Positions 1 through 9,505 of a stretch of DNA of 64,000 nucleotides are shown here, piece by piece. The stretch lies in assembly GCA_965214565.1 (NCBI GenBank), contig OZ243951.1, positions 321,017-385,016 on the forward strand. The letters are read 5' to 3'. This DNA comes from Candidatus Aldehydirespiratoraceae bacterium (GTDB lineage: Bacteria > Actinomycetota > Acidimicrobiia > Acidimicrobiales > Aldehydirespiratoraceae). The translations under genes and the position numbers were made by a program. Position 1 is the first letter of the stretch. Each line of letters starts with the position of its first letter. Below the pieces are notes generated by a model. That model was not told the origin of the DNA. It saw only the letters and a program-made list of their open reading frames with translations, and ran no database searches.

Positions 1-603
1 GTCGCCTACCCACTGTCGGCCCGCCTGGTCCACAGCGAGGAGTCCGACACCCGAATCGCCGTCGTCGTAAGCCGAACCTCGGCTCCGCTGATCATCGACC
101 CCCGCAGGAAGCAGCCGTTGACGATTGAGGTCGAGCTCGGTCCCGCTGTCGATATCGGTCGACGGGTGCTGGGAATGGCCACGCCTGCAGAACCGACCTC
201 TCCGTCAGACGTCTTGGACGTGTTCTGGCTCGACGGGATCATCAGCGTGGCGTTGCGTTCGGCGACCGAGGATCCGCTCAACTGGGCTGCGGTGTCGGTG
301 CTGCACCCGCTCACGGACCGACCGATTGAAGCGTGGCGCCTGCGCAACAGGCGCTTGAGGCTCCCGCTGGGTTGGGATGCGTTCCGCAATCGAGCTTCCA
401 ACGCCGCCTCACCCTGGCCTGGAATGGACCCTTCGATTGCCGGATGGCTCGACGACGGTTCCTTCGCCCGCTGGTGTATTGCCGACCTTCCCGACAAAGA
501 CGCCCTTGTCGATGATCTTCGCGACCTCCTGGAGCCTTCTGTGATGGCTGGCATCGATGAAGCCCTGGCACCCCCCGGGGAATGGATCCGGCGCTGGCTG
601 TAG
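1..603 (+). CDS. hypothetical protein, 5'-partial (frame open from window edge)
   Basis: Frame 1 has no stop from nt 1 to the stop at 601-603. Codons are GC3-rich and composition is ordinary, unlike the S/R-rich antisense ORF 6..668. No family recognised. Confidence 0.5.
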   Translation, partial: VAYPLSARLVHSEESDTRIAVVVSRTSAPLIIDPRRKQPLTIEVELGPAVDIGRRVLGMATPAEPTSPSDVLDVFWLDGIISVALRSATEDPLNWAAVSVLHPLTDRPIEAWRLRNRRLRLPLGWDAFRNRASNAASPWPGMDPSIAGWLDDGSFARWCIADLPDKDALVDDLRDLLEPSVMAGIDEALAPPGEWIRRWL

Positions 604-695
604 GGCCCCGTCGAACAAACAGAGGCCGAAGCGTTGCGAACAGTGTCAGTTCTGGCATCCTTGAACACGGTGTCTGGCTACGCACGAGGACTTCT

Positions 696-1175
696 GTGAC
701 CTACAAACCGGGTGATCGCGTCGTGTATCCACACCACGGCGCAGCCGTAATCGAGAAGAAGGAGAAGCGCACCGCCTTCGGCGAGGAGCAGGACTATCTC
801 GTGTTGCGCATGGCGCACGGCGACCTGGTCCTCTCAGTGCCCGTCGACAAGGTCGAGCAGGTCGGGATGCGCTGGCCGATCTCCACCGAGGACGTCGAAG
901 ACCTCTTCGAGGTTCTCGCCAAACGAGACGTGCGCGAGCCCGCCAACTGGTCGCGGCGCTTCAAGAACCACCAGGAGAAACTGAAGTCCGGCGATGTGTA
1001 CCAGGTCGCGGAGGTGGTCCGCAATCTTGCGCTGCGCGACAACGCCAAGGGATTGTCGGCCGGCGAGAAGTCGCTCTACACGAAGGCACGGACGGTGCTC
1101 ATCTCTGAGCTCGCGTTCGCCCTCGACGTCGACGAGGAGATCGCCACGACCCGCGTCGACGACGCTCTGGTCTAG
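696..1175 (+). CDS. carD: CarD family transcriptional regulator
   Basis: YKPGDRVVYPHHGAAVIEKKEKR...LVLSVPVDK...NWSRRFKNHQEKLKSGD matches the CarD/TRCF RNAP-interaction domain plus C-terminal helical domain. In-frame GTG at 696 gives the usual ~160 aa length. Confidence 0.9.
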   Translation: MTYKPGDRVVYPHHGAAVIEKKEKRTAFGEEQDYLVLRMAHGDLVLSVPVDKVEQVGMRWPISTEDVEDLFEVLAKRDVREPANWSRRFKNHQEKLKSGDVYQVAEVVRNLALRDNAKGLSAGEKSLYTKARTVLISELAFALDVDEEIATTRVDDALV

Positions 1176-1193
1176 CTTGAGCGGGCCAGCGGG

Positions 1194-2168
1194 CTAGCCG
1201 CGGCTCGTCGGTTGGGCCATTCGTTGGCGGAGCCTGGGCAGGAACTCTTCGGCGTGGCGTTGGAGTTGTTCATCAACCATTGCCGGTTCGAGTCCGCTCA
1301 CGTGGATTCGCACGTTGACGGTGTCGCAGTCTGCTGAAGCCAGGAAGTCGGCGAGCTTGTCGGCCGCTTCAGCTCCGGCTGCCGCGGCGATCAACTGGTC
1401 GCCTTCCCAGTTCTTCATCGCACGCTGTGGCGCGTAGCTGCGGTAGTGCTCCATCTGCTCGGCCATCCGCTCGCCCGGAGGATCGCCGATCCAGACCCTT
1501 CGAATGGCGATCCGCGGACCTGCGCCGCCTGCTTCGCGGTAGACGTCGCCGAGCCGCGCCGTGACCTCAGCAGTCTGCAGACTGTCGTAGAGCACACCGA
1601 GGTTGAGCGCCGCGGCTCGGCGTACGGCCGCGGCGCTCTGTGCGGCGACAACCATCGGAAGCGGATTCTCGGCGGTACGGGCGATTGCCCGGTCGGCCCC
1701 CAGCGGCGAGGTGTCGCGCCCACGCAATGCCCCAACGACCTTCGGCAGAGACTGCTTGAACCGTTCGATGATCTCACCGAACGGAACCTCGGCGAGTTCA
1801 AAGTCGACGGGCAGCGCGCCGGCGGCGAAACCGGCCCCGACCCGTCCCGGATACGCAGCATCAAGCCACGCCAAGTCCTCGGCCACCAGCGCATAAGCCC
1901 GCATGGGCAACAGCAACGGGCAAGGTGCCGCCCAACCCCCCGACATCGACCCGAGCAGGAACCCCGCAAGTTGAATCGGGTTCGGGAGATAGCCGGGAAA
2001 ATTGGCGTGGTGCTCACTCACCATCACGCCGTCGTAACCGGCCGATACTGCTGCCTCTGCCTGGCTGCGGATCAGATCAAGTTGCTCGCACGCTGAGACA
2101 TCGTGCGGGTAGAGCCGCAATGACACCGATCCTGCCGCAAGAGGCGTGGAGTCAGGCGTCGGGGGCAT
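1194..2168 (-). CDS. LLM-class flavin/F420-dependent oxidoreductase (luciferase-like)
   Basis: GYDGVMVSEHHANFPGYLPNP and overall layout are typical of luciferase-like monooxygenases. The ATG at 2168 is preferred over the TTG at 2222. Confidence 0.75.
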   Translation of the reverse strand: MPPTPDSTPLAAGSVSLRLYPHDVSACEQLDLIRSQAEAAVSAGYDGVMVSEHHANFPGYLPNPIQLAGFLLGSMSGGWAAPCPLLLPMRAYALVAEDLAWLDAAYPGRVGAGFAAGALPVDFELAEVPFGEIIERFKQSLPKVVGALRGRDTSPLGADRAIARTAENPLPMVVAAQSAAAVRRAAALNLGVLYDSLQTAEVTARLGDVYREAGGAGPRIAIRRVWIGDPPGERMAEQMEHYRSYAPQRAMKNWEGDQLIAAAAGAEAADKLADFLASADCDTVNVRIHVSGLEPAMVDEQLQRHAEEFLPRLRQRMAQPTSRG

Positions 2169-2208
2169 CTCAGGTCCGGGTCTTGGTGGAGTCACTCGGT
2201 TGGAAGGC

Positions 2209-3360
2209 CTACAGCCGTTCAATGATCGTGACGTTGGCTTGGCCGCCTCCCTCGCACATCGTCTGGAGACCGTAGCGGCCGCCCGAACGTTCGAGTTCGT
2301 GCACCAAAGTGGTCATCAGCTTGGCCCCGGTGGCACCGAGGGGATGACCGAGCGCAATCGCACCGCCGTTGACGTTGACTGACTCGTGAGGAATGTCGTG
2401 CTCGGCCATCCAGGCCATCGGTACGCAGGCGAACGCCTCGTTGCACTCGAAGAGATCGATATCTGAGACCGACATGCCGGTTCTCTCGAAGGCGTGGGCC
2501 GTGGCGGGAATGGGCCCGGTGAGCATCAGTACCGGGTCGTCGCCGCGCACGCTCATGTGATGGATCCGGGCTCGCGGGGTCAGGTTGTGGTCCTCGACCG
2601 CCTGGGACGAAGCGATCAACAACGAAGCCGACGCGTCACTGATCTGGCTCGCCACAGCCGCGGTCAACCTCCCGCCCTCCACTAGCGGCTGAAGTTGAGC
2701 CATCTTCTCGAGGCTGCCGCCGCGCCGGGGCCCCTCATCGGTCAGGCAGTCCCCCAGCGGAACGATCTCAGCATCGAAGCGTCCCTCGTCGATGGCCCGA
2801 ACGGCCCGTTCATGGCTCTCGAAGGAGAACTCCTCCATCGCCGCTCGGGAGATGTCCCACTTCTCGGCGATCATCTCTGCACCGCGGAACTGCGAGATCT
2901 CCTGGGTGCCGTAGCGTTGCACCCAGCCGACCGATCCGCTGAACGGATCATCGAACCCCAAGTCGGCGGCCAGGGTCATCGCAGACGAGATCGGAATCTG
3001 CGACATCTGCTGGACACCTCCGGCAACCACCAGATCGGCGATCCCTGCCATCACCATCGTCGCCGCAAAGGTCACGGCCTGCTGGCCCGAGCCGCACTGA
3101 CGGTCCACGGTGGTGCCCGGAACATGGGTGGGAAACCCAGCCGCGAGCCATGAAGTTCGCGCAATGTCACCGGCCTGGCCCCCGACCGAGTCGACGTTGC
3201 CGAATATGACGTCCTCCACCGCAGCGGGATCGATGCCGGTGCGGTCGATCAACGCCTTGATCGACGCTGCTCCCAGGTCCGCCGGATGGATGTGGGCCAG
3301 ACCACCGCCCCGCTTACCGGTGGGCGTGCGGACAGCGTCAACGATGAAAGCCTCAGACAT
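2209..3360 (-). CDS. acetyl-CoA C-acyltransferase (thiolase)
   Basis: N-terminus MSEAFIVDAVRTPTGKRGG, active-site region VDRQCGSGQQA and C-terminal NVNGGAIALGHPLGATG...CEGGGQA thiolase signatures. AGGA lies upstream of the ATG at 3360. Confidence 0.92.
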   Translation of the reverse strand: MSEAFIVDAVRTPTGKRGGGLAHIHPADLGAASIKALIDRTGIDPAAVEDVIFGNVDSVGGQAGDIARTSWLAAGFPTHVPGTTVDRQCGSGQQAVTFAATMVMAGIADLVVAGGVQQMSQIPISSAMTLAADLGFDDPFSGSVGWVQRYGTQEISQFRGAEMIAEKWDISRAAMEEFSFESHERAVRAIDEGRFDAEIVPLGDCLTDEGPRRGGSLEKMAQLQPLVEGGRLTAAVASQISDASASLLIASSQAVEDHNLTPRARIHHMSVRGDDPVLMLTGPIPATAHAFERTGMSVSDIDLFECNEAFACVPMAWMAEHDIPHESVNVNGGAIALGHPLGATGAKLMTTLVHELERSGGRYGLQTMCEGGGQANVTIIERL

Positions 3361-3419
3361 CCCTACATCCTGCCCGCAACCGCCGGAATTCTCCACATCC
3401 GCCGATCTCCGAGGGGGTC

Positions 3420-4220
3420 TCAGGAGGGTTTGCGGCCCAGGGTGGCGATCGACGCGGGGCTGATCATCACGAAGCCCTCCGCACGGACCTGTTCGACCGC
3501 GGCCCGGCTGTCCGACTCGTCGACAACACCCGCGGCGACCATGTACGGGATGGCCCTCTCAAGTGCCAGGAACCACCACTCACCGCTCGGTTCGTGCGGT
3601 CGCATCGCCCAGACGTCGCCCACAACATCGAGTTCGACGAGACCGACTGACCGCATCCGGTCGAGGACTTGAAGTCCGAAGTCGGGATCGCGCCATTCGT
3701 CGAGACTCCCGGCCGCCATGATCTGGTGGATCGTCTTGTACGGCTCCGGCAGTCCCTGCTGCCCGAAACCCAGGAAGGTACCGTCCTCAACCACGAGCCA
3801 GCCCCCCGGTTTCAGGGCGTCCACAAGCTTTCCGATCACCTCATCGCGAGTCGGCACATGCTGCAGCACCGCACGGGCATGAATAATGTCGAAATGCTCC
3901 CGAGGAAGCGGATCGGTCGCAAGGTCGTGGCGCCGGACGATCACGTTGGAGGGCATCTCACCATGGAACTGCAGGTCGATGTCGGTGGACATGACCCGGC
4001 CCCGGTCGCCGACCTGGGCGGCCATCCAGGCACTGACGCTGCCCGCACCCGCACCCGCCTCAAGACAGTGCATGCCTTCTGCGATCCCGATCTGCGTCAA
4101 CAGCGCAAAGGTCTTGGGGTCCCGCGCCTCGGCCAGCATCGACAGCCGCATCCGCTCAATGTCAACCTGGTCGTCGCGGGTTCCGTAACTCTGTTGTGGT
4201 GCGTGGTCCTCATCGGTCAT
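3420..4220 (-). CDS. class I SAM-dependent methyltransferase
   Basis: Motif I LEAGAGAGSVS followed by acidic STDID. A strong GAAGGAAGGA SD lies upstream of the ATG at 4220. The ORF-track start at 4241 is a TTG. Confidence 0.75.
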   Translation of the reverse strand: MTDEDHAPQQSYGTRDDQVDIERMRLSMLAEARDPKTFALLTQIGIAEGMHCLEAGAGAGSVSAWMAAQVGDRGRVMSTDIDLQFHGEMPSNVIVRRHDLATDPLPREHFDIIHARAVLQHVPTRDEVIGKLVDALKPGGWLVVEDGTFLGFGQQGLPEPYKTIHQIMAAGSLDEWRDPDFGLQVLDRMRSVGLVELDVVGDVWAMRPHEPSGEWWFLALERAIPYMVAAGVVDESDSRAAVEQVRAEGFVMISPASIATLGRKPS

Positions 4221-5346
4221 CGCGGATCCTTCCTTCGGCAACGGGATCGCCTGGAGCGTAGAACTTGCCGGCCCACTTGCGAAATTGCAGGATCGGGCCG
4301 TCCGCGTCGGCGAGGGCAGGGTTCGGATTGTGGATCTTGTTGTCGAAGATCACGTTGTCTTCGGCCATCTGCTTGCGGAGGTCTCGAACCAGCGCCTCGC
4401 CCACCCTGCGGCTCTTCAACTCGGCCTCCTCACCTGGTCCCAACCGCCTGATCCGGTAGACCTTCATCGACCAGGTCGTCTCCCAGTCGATCGGGACCGT
4501 GACATTGAAGAACACTGTGTCGATGATTCCCGAAAACCGTGCGACGCTGAAACCGGGGCCATAGCCGTCCGAATCAATGCGCCCCGGAGTGGGTCCACGC
4601 GGCGTATCGAAGTCGACCCTCGAGCGCAGGCGGTTGAACCAGCCGTCGAACTCGAGCGATTCGAGCACCGGAACAGTGGCAGCTCCGTGCACGGTGCGCA
4701 GATGGATGTAGTCGGGGCCGTTCTCGGCCAGTTCCTGCCAGGGACAGCGGACGACCCATTCCGCGGGCTCCACCGGGATCCATTCGTCGCTGAGATACTC
4801 CGAACAGTCCGGCACGTCCCACAGCGGTTCCTGGGAGGGGTCCGGATGGAACCAGAACATCACGAAACCGTTGCGCTCGATCGTCCGATACGTGCGAATC
4901 CGCGCCTTGGAGTTGACCCGGTCCGAGTATGGGATGTTCGCATTGCGTCCGTCACCGTCCCAGGACCACCAGTGGTAGGGGCAGACGAGATGGATTCCCT
5001 CGACTCGGCCGCCGATGGCGAGGTTCGCTCCGAGGTGCGGGCAGTAGGCGTCCATCACATGGGCTTCGCCTTGTGCGTCGCGCCACAGCACCAGGTCACG
5101 GGCGAGGAGCCGGACCGAACGGACCTCCCCGACACGCAGCGTTTCGCCCAGCACGATCGGATACCAGGCGAACGGGAAGGCTGTGTAGTACGGGAACCGT
5201 TCCAGCGAGGTCATCGACGTCTGCTCTGCGTCTCCCTGACGGGCGATGACCTGCAGCGGGGTCTCCCCCTCGAAGGTTCGAATCTTCGAGGGGGCACTCT
5301 CCAACCGCTTGTCAGCGGGGACGTCAGCAGGGATGTCAACGGTCAT
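4210..5346 (-). CDS. Rieske [2Fe-2S] non-haem iron oxygenase (KshA-like)
   Basis: Rieske motif CPHLGANL...(16 aa)...CPYHWW, followed by a catalytic-domain-sized C-terminus (~380 aa total). Confidence 0.8.
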   Translation of the reverse strand: MTVDIPADVPADKRLESAPSKIRTFEGETPLQVIARQGDAEQTSMTSLERFPYYTAFPFAWYPIVLGETLRVGEVRSVRLLARDLVLWRDAQGEAHVMDAYCPHLGANLAIGGRVEGIHLVCPYHWWSWDGDGRNANIPYSDRVNSKARIRTYRTIERNGFVMFWFHPDPSQEPLWDVPDCSEYLSDEWIPVEPAEWVVRCPWQELAENGPDYIHLRTVHGAATVPVLESLEFDGWFNRLRSRVDFDTPRGPTPGRIDSDGYGPGFSVARFSGIIDTVFFNVTVPIDWETTWSMKVYRIRRLGPGEEAELKSRRVGEALVRDLRKQMAEDNVIFDNKIHNPNPALADADGPILQFRKWAGKFYAPGDPVAEGRIRDDR

Positions 5347-5419
5347 AACCTGGGTTCCTTGAGGTGTGTAGGGGCGCGGGGTTTGGCCTCGACCTCAAAC
5401 ACAAGGAAAGCTCTTCGCC

Positions 5420-6649
5420 ATGACCGCCGCAAACCACAAGACCGACGAGCCCGCCGAACAGGCCGCGTTTCGAGCGGTAGCCAAGGCGTGGTACGACGCC
5501 AACGCGACGCCCAAACGAGACGATTCTCCGTGGGAGACCAACGTTCACCGCGACCCCGCCGACGCCCGGCGGCACTTCCACACGTCCAGGGCCTGGCAGG
5601 GCCGGCTGTACGAGGCTGGTCTCGCTGGGATCGCCTGGCCCGAGGAGTACGGCGGGGGCGGAGGCAAGTCCTGGATGACCCGTATCGAGCGGGATGTCTC
5701 GCTCGGTTACGAGGAATGGGTCGGGTTTGTAGGGGCCACCATCGCCATGCTCGGTCCGACCCTGCTGCGCCACGGGACCGAGGAGCAGAAGCGTGAGTTC
5801 CTCCCCAAGCTGCTGTCAGCGGAACTGTCGTTCTGTCAGCTCTTCAGCGAACCCGGTGCCGGAAGCGACCTCGCCGCGCTCGCCACCCGTGCCGAGCGTG
5901 ACGGCGACGAGTTCATCCTCAATGGCCAGAAGGTTTGGAACAGTTCGGCCCAATTCTGCGACTGGGGGTTCGTCCTGGTCCGCACCGACCCCGACGCTCC
6001 CAAACACAGGGGTATCACGTTCCTGCTGGTCGACATGTCCACGCCGGGGATCGAGGTTCGACCTCTGGTGCAGATCAACCAGTCAGCGCACTTCAACGAG
6101 GTCTTCCTGTCTGATGTACGGGTGCCTGTGGCCAACGTCGTCGGCGAGATCAACCAGGGTTGGACGCCGGCGCGCACGGTGCTGTCCAATGAGTCGGCGT
6201 TCATTGCGGGAGCTCGGATCCCGACCCGCTCGAAGCTGATCGAACTGGCCGCCGACAAGGGACTGCTCGGTGATCTGGTGGTGCGCCAGGAGCTCGCTGA
6301 CTATTACAGCAGGGAGCTGATATCGGGCTGGATGGGCGAGCAGGTCCAATACGCCGTCCGACGCGGCGAGTCGGCACCGATGGACCCTGGGCTCATCAAG
6401 TTGATGGCATCGCAGAACCGGCGACTCTCGGGAGATCTCGCCTGTCGAATCCTGGGGATGGAATCGGCTGCGGGCAGAGGCGAGAAGGTGAATTGGGCGC
6501 AGATGGAGTTGCTGGGGCGTTATTCGATCTCGATTGGTGGCGGGACCGACGAGGTTCTGAAGAACAACATCGGTGAACGTTCGCTGCAATTGCCTCGTGA
6601 GCCCGGTTACGACAAGAATCAGCCGTGGCGCGAGATACCGCGCTCCTGA
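5420..6649 (+). CDS. acyl-CoA dehydrogenase family protein
   Basis: Three-domain ACAD layout (FCQLFSEPGAGSDLA..., ILNGQKVWNS, C-terminal GGTDEVLKN). AAGGAAAG SD upstream of the ATG. Confidence 0.9.
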   Translation: MTAANHKTDEPAEQAAFRAVAKAWYDANATPKRDDSPWETNVHRDPADARRHFHTSRAWQGRLYEAGLAGIAWPEEYGGGGGKSWMTRIERDVSLGYEEWVGFVGATIAMLGPTLLRHGTEEQKREFLPKLLSAELSFCQLFSEPGAGSDLAALATRAERDGDEFILNGQKVWNSSAQFCDWGFVLVRTDPDAPKHRGITFLLVDMSTPGIEVRPLVQINQSAHFNEVFLSDVRVPVANVVGEINQGWTPARTVLSNESAFIAGARIPTRSKLIELAADKGLLGDLVVRQELADYYSRELISGWMGEQVQYAVRRGESAPMDPGLIKLMASQNRRLSGDLACRILGMESAAGRGEKVNWAQMELLGRYSISIGGGTDEVLKNNIGERSLQLPREPGYDKNQPWREIPRS

Positions 6650-6685
6650 AACCGGACCAAACCACGACCACCCGAGGACCAGACC

Positions 6686-7597
6686 ATGACTCCCCTGATA
6701 GATCAAAGAATTGTGGTCGCCGGTTGCACCGGCCAGGTGGGTAAACCGTTGGCGCTGGCGCTGGCTACCGCCGGCAACGAGGTCCACGGCATCGCCCGGT
6801 TCAAAGATCCCGCGGCGCGACAGCGTATGGAATCCGGCGGCGTCGTCTGCCATGCGGTCGACCTCTTCGAGCCCGACTTGAGTTCGGTCCCCGCCGACGT
6901 CGACTATCTGCTCAACTTCGCGGTGACCAAGACCGGCAAATGGGACAAGGATCTGGTGACCAACGCAGTGGCCGCCGGTCAACTGATGAGCCACATGCGC
7001 AATGCCGCCGCGGTACTGCACTGTTCGACCACCGCTGTCTACGCGCCCAGCAACGGCGAACCGATGCGGGAGGACTCTCCGCTGGGCCGAGACCACCACC
7101 AGAACCTTCTCCCCACCTATTCGACGGCCAAGACTGCTTCGGAGTCTGTGGTTCGCTTCGCCGCTCGGGAGTTCTCGGTTCCGACCACCATTGCCCGGCT
7201 GTGCGTGCCCTACGGTGATGAGGGCGGCTGGCCGCTGTTTCATCTGTGGATGGCTCAGGCGTCCCAGAGGATCCCCGTCCACCCCGATGGATCCCGCTAC
7301 AACCCGATCCACCACGACGACATCATCGCTCAGGTCCCGGCTCTGCTCGATGCGGCCACACCGGAGGCCACGATCCTCAATTGGGGCAGCGACGAGGTGG
7401 TGTCGGTCGAGGAGTGGACCAGGTACATATGCGATGTCGCCGGAGTGCCCGACCCGGCTTTTGAACTCAACGAGTCGACGATTCCGAGCGCGGTGATCGA
7501 CACCGGGGCGGTGCGTGCAGCCGTCGGTCCGTGTTCTGTCTCATGGCGCGACGGTTTCAGGCGCTTGGCCGAGCAGGCCGTGAGCGGATCCGGCTAG
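6686..7597 (+). CDS. NAD-dependent epimerase/dehydratase family protein
   Basis: N-terminal Rossmann motif VVAGCTGQVGKPL and an SDR-extended YSTAK catalytic motif. Confidence 0.8.
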   Translation: MTPLIDQRIVVAGCTGQVGKPLALALATAGNEVHGIARFKDPAARQRMESGGVVCHAVDLFEPDLSSVPADVDYLLNFAVTKTGKWDKDLVTNAVAAGQLMSHMRNAAAVLHCSTTAVYAPSNGEPMREDSPLGRDHHQNLLPTYSTAKTASESVVRFAAREFSVPTTIARLCVPYGDEGGWPLFHLWMAQASQRIPVHPDGSRYNPIHHDDIIAQVPALLDAATPEATILNWGSDEVVSVEEWTRYICDVAGVPDPAFELNESTIPSAVIDTGAVRAAVGPCSVSWRDGFRRLAEQAVSGSG

Positions 7598-7745
7598 GCA
7601 ACCAACCGGTTTGGCCTCCGCCGCGGCCCGACTACTTACGATGGTCCGACCGCAACTGAGCAGTATGCAGATAGCCTGTTGAAGCACCGGACAATGTGGA
7701 CGACGCGGACGTCGCACACCATCCCCGCTGCCGGAGTGTCCCCCG

Positions 7746-9437
7746 ATGAGTCCCACCTTCGCCGATCTCGGCGTACCCGAACCAATTGTCGCGGTTCTGC
7801 GCCGGGGTGGCGTCACCTCCCCCTTCGAGATCCAGACCGCCACCATTCCCGACCTGCTCAGGGGCCATGACGTCGTGGGCCGCGCCCCTACCGGCTCCGG
7901 TAAGACGCTCGCGTTCGGGATTCCGGTGCTGACGCGGGTACCCCGGGGCGAGCCGGGCCTCCCGAGCGCCTTGGTCCTCGCTCCCACTCGTGAACTCGCC
8001 GAGCAGATCGCCACCGAACTCGGCCCGCCTGCCGAGGCGGTGAGTCGCCGCATCTCGGCGGTCTACGGCGGTGTCGGCATAGAGCCCCAGATCAAGAGGA
8101 TGCGACGCGGCGTCGACGTGCTCGTTGCAACGCCGGGGCGTCTCGAGGATCTCATTGAACGCCGGGTCGTGGACCTGCGCAGGGCCGCGACGGTGGTGAT
8201 CGACGAGGCCGATCGCATGGCCGACATGGGCTTCATGCCCGCTGTGCGACGCATCCTCGACGGCACTGCGAACAAGCGGCACATGATCCTGTTCTCGGCC
8301 ACCCTCGCAGGCGACGTCAGCAAGCTGATCGATCAATACCAGTCCGACCCCGTGCACCACGGCGTGGGATCGCCGACACCGGACCTGACGGCTACCCAGC
8401 ATCACTTCTGGGAGATTCCCAGGCCTGACCGGATCAGTCTTTGTGCTTCGGTCATCGCCACTCTCGGCTCGACGATCGTCTTCACCCGCACCCGCCACGG
8501 TGCTGATCGTGCCGCCCGCCAACTCAATCGAGTGGGGATCCCTGCGGCCGCCATCCACGGCAACCGCTCGCAGGCACAGCGTTCCCGGGCACTTCGTGAC
8601 TTCACCTCAGGCAAGGCCGTCGCCCTGGTTGCCACCGATGTGGCGGCTCGCGGAATTCATGTCGACGGTGTCGAGTGCGTACTGCATTACGACCCCGTCG
8701 ATGAGGACTCTGCCTACATTCATCGTTCGGGTCGAACGGCACGAGCCGGTGCGGAGGGTCAGGTGGTCTCGTTCGTGGACCCGTCCCAGGTCCGTGTGGT
8801 CAGAGCAATGCAACGGAGATTGAACCTCTCCCCGGAGATTACGGCACCACCGCCTATGGACGGCCCGGCTGTGACGGTCCCCGATGACCGCTCCGGCCCA
8901 AGGCAACACTCCAAGCCCGAACCTTCCAAACGCCACGCGTCCAACGGCGCCGGGACACGGCGCAAGAGCGCTGCCCGTCGCGGCAAAGGCCAAGGTCGCG
9001 GACAACGCCAAGACCAAGACCAAAACCAGGACGGCGGACAACGCCAAGCCCAACACCAAGGTCGCGGCCGGGGCCAAGGCCAAAGTCAGGGCCAGAGTCA
9101 GGGGCAAGGCCGCGGACGGGGCCAAGGCCAAAGTCAGGGGCAAGGCCGCGGACGGGGCCAAGGCCAAAGTCAGGGGCAAGGTCGCGGACGGGGCCAAGGC
9201 CAAAGTCAGGGGCAAGGTCGCGGACGGGGCCAAGGCCAAAGTCAGGGGCAAGGTCGCGGACGGGGCCAAGGCCAAAGTCAGGGGCAAGGTCGCGGACGGG
9301 GCCAAGGCCAAAGTCAGGGGCAAGGTCGCGGACGGGGCCAAGGCCAAAGTCAGGGGCAAGGTCGCGGACGGGGCCAAGGCCAAAGTCAGGGGCAAGGTCG
9401 CGGACGGGGCCAAGGCCAGAGTCAGCGACGCCGCTAG
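7746..9437 (+). CDS. DEAD-box ATP-dependent RNA helicase with repetitive Arg/Gly/Gln C-terminal tail
   Basis: F..LG Q-motif region, AP(T)GSGKT, DEAD (VIDEADRM), SAT, HRSGRTARAG. The tail is about 10 copies of GQGRGRGQGQSQ. Confidence 0.93.
   Translation: MSPTFADLGVPEPIVAVLRRGGVTSPFEIQTATIPDLLRGHDVVGRAPTGSGKTLAFGIPVLTRVPRGEPGLPSALVLAPTRELAEQIATELGPPAEAVSRRISAVYGGVGIEPQIKRMRRGVDVLVATPGRLEDLIERRVVDLRRAATVVIDEADRMADMGFMPAVRRILDGTANKRHMILFSATLAGDVSKLIDQYQSDPVHHGVGSPTPDLTATQHHFWEIPRPDRISLCASVIATLGSTIVFTRTRHGADRAARQLNRVGIPAAAIHGNRSQAQRSRALRDFTSGKAVALVATDVAARGIHVDGVECVLHYDPVDEDSAYIHRSGRTARAGAEGQVVSFVDPSQVRVVRAMQRRLNLSPEITAPPPMDGPAVTVPDDRSGPRQHSKPEPSKRHASNGAGTRRKSAARRGKGQGRGQRQDQDQNQDGGQRQAQHQGRGRGQGQSQGQSQGQGRGRGQGQSQGQGRGRGQGQSQGQGRGRGQGQSQGQGRGRGQGQSQGQGRGRGQGQSQGQGRGRGQGQSQGQGRGRGQGQSQGQGRGRGQGQSQGQGRGRGQGQSQRRR
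9071..9417 (+). repeat. 36-bp near-perfect tandem repeat (about 9.6 copies) inside the helicase tail
   Basis: Unit ggccaaggccaaagtcaggggcaaggtcgcggacgg. The first two copies carry GGC where the later copies carry GGT in one Gly codon. Confidence 0.95.
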
Positions 9438-9505
9438 GCGGTCAGGGAAATCTGAGCAGCCTCAGTGGTAGCTGCGTTCGAATCCGCTGAAGCGCTGGGG
9501 CTCCC

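Noticed and set aside
4285-5796. 503-aa ORF on the plus strand
   Set aside because: It is antisense to the well-supported Rieske oxygenase and overlaps the acyl-CoA dehydrogenase start. Its Arg/Gly/Pro-rich composition is typical of shadow ORFs in high-GC DNA.
6083-7315. 410-aa ORF on the minus strand
   Set aside because: It is antisense to the acyl-CoA dehydrogenase and the epimerase, both of which have clear family motifs.
8607-9471. ORFs 8607..9413 (-) and 8884..9471 (+) with striking repeats (LPLTLALAPSAT / KAKVRGKVADGA)
   Set aside because: They are alternative-frame and antisense readings of the 36-bp repeat in the helicase tail. The helicase frame is continuous with a complete DEAD-box core.
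9466-9495. tRNA-like T-arm (gcgttcgaatccgc) after the helicase gene
   Set aside because: The flanking bases cannot form a T-stem or acceptor stem, and no D or anticodon arms are found upstream. I found no convincing tRNA anywhere in the window, though this was not an exhaustive scan.
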